A model generated the notes under the pieces. The model did not search any database. It was not told the DNA's origin and saw only the letters and a list, made by a program, of their open reading frames with translations. Positions 63,149 through 64,000 of a stretch of DNA of 64,000 nucleotides are shown here, piece after piece. A program made the position numbers and the translations under genes. This DNA comes from Nitrospirota bacterium (GTDB taxonomy: Bacteria; Nitrospirota; UBA9217), in the NCBI GenBank assembly GCA_963840455.1, contig CAWIYV010000009.1:192001-256000 (forward strand). The letters run 5' to 3'. Position 1 is the stretch's first letter. Each line of letters begins with the position of its first letter.

Positions 63149-63558
63149 GGCAATACCTTTTCATCGATGCCTTCGGGCTGGTTACGGTGAATGTAGTCCG
63201 ACAAAATCTGGGCGAGGTTCAGAAGGATTCTTGCAGAGGTTGCACTATTGTACCGGATAAGATCGTCAAAGTATGACTTATACATGATCAAAAGGAGAGA
63301 ATCCTTTTCAGCAACAGCAGTCGCAAAGCGTGAAGTGTGGCCGATGAGGGCTAGTTCACCAAAATGGGAGCCTGGCCCCAGAACAGAAAGTATCTTGTTC
63401 TCCAAATTCGACTCTTTGATTATTTTGACCGATCCCTCGAGGACGACATAGACCGCCTTTCCGCTTTCTCCCTCGTGAAAGATAATATCGCCCGCTGAAT
63501 ATTTTTTTTCGATGAGGTCGATAACCAGTTTCCTGAGTAGCTTCTTGTCCATACCCAA
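63145..63558 (-). CDS. Cyclic-nucleotide-binding domain protein, possibly 5'-truncated
   Basis: IIFHEGESG, YVVLEGSV, FGELAL, RFATAVA; in-frame TAG just upstream of RTVP. Confidence 0.75.
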   Translation of the reverse strand: MGMDKKLLRKLVIDLIEKKYSAGDIIFHEGESGKAVYVVLEGSVKIIKESNLENKILSVLGPGSHFGELALIGHTSRFATAVAEKDSLLLIMYKSYFDDLIRYNSATSARILLNLAQILSDYIHRNQPEGIDEKVLP

Positions 63559-64000
63559 AGAGGGGACAGTCCGCTAACGCATCACTAGAGATCCCGCCTA
63601 ATCATAACTCCGACCAAACTGCGCCGGGGATACGCACCTCGTACGGAGTATAGAACGCAATCTGGCTACGGCGGCGGCTTCGGAAGGCAGCGAGATCCAT
63701 CGTCGCGGCAAAGACGCTGGCCAATCTCATGCCTCAATGCAACGCTGGTTGTTGCCGTGTATCGTGGCTCGGCTGTGCTATTTATGCTCGGATTTTGGTT
63801 GGACATTGAATGCCTCCGTGGAAGAATAGCGGGCTTCACATAGGGCTTGCGGCGCCTGGGCTATGGGAAGACATATACCGTCATCCTTATTGCCTGCAGC
63901 TCCTGTCCTACGGGTACTTCCTGTTTCTCCAGGAGAATGTCCTTCCGAGGCTCACTTTCCATCTCGTCTCTACGAGGAACAGTAAAACGCAAGACATCGA

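Noticed and set aside
63570-63805. Integron attC site on the minus strand (GTCCAAC...GTTAGCG)
   Set aside because: The span of ~230 bp is too long, the core sites are not complementary, and there is no intI.

Overview
GC-rich bacterial chromosome segment from a probable anaerobe (gene content suggests a Nitrospirota/Desulfobacterota-type organism; this taxonomy is inference). Ordinary content: pgl, sugar ABC and TTT transporters, a histidine kinase/sigma54 regulator pair, hemG, two cardiolipin-synthase-type PLDs, nth, rubrerythrin, alr-mlaEFD-galU-lon-thiL and tRNA-fMet. The main result is a ~13 kb co-oriented cluster (24.1-36.9 kb) behind a sigma54 promoter. It joins a corrinoid methyl-transfer set (two MtaA/CmuA-type Zn methyltransferases, one frameshifted; an MtrH-type methyltransferase; a corrinoid protein; a RamA/RACo-type activator) to a Methanosarcina-like HdrDE pair and to cysteate synthase plus fused ComDE, the Methanosarcinales route toward coenzyme M. 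No mcr genes are in the window, so this is a candidate bacterial CoM-linked methyl-transfer system. Also present: a selenocysteine formate dehydrogenase with HydB/HydC-like partners, an in-frame TAG-TGA with a SECIS-like hairpin inside the methyl cluster, and many small repeats. These include nine copies of an IS200/IS605-like non-autonomous element and a 155-bp MITE that insert at the same TGAA loop, with three occupancy states visible in the window. All assignments come from motif recognition by eye; no searches were run.
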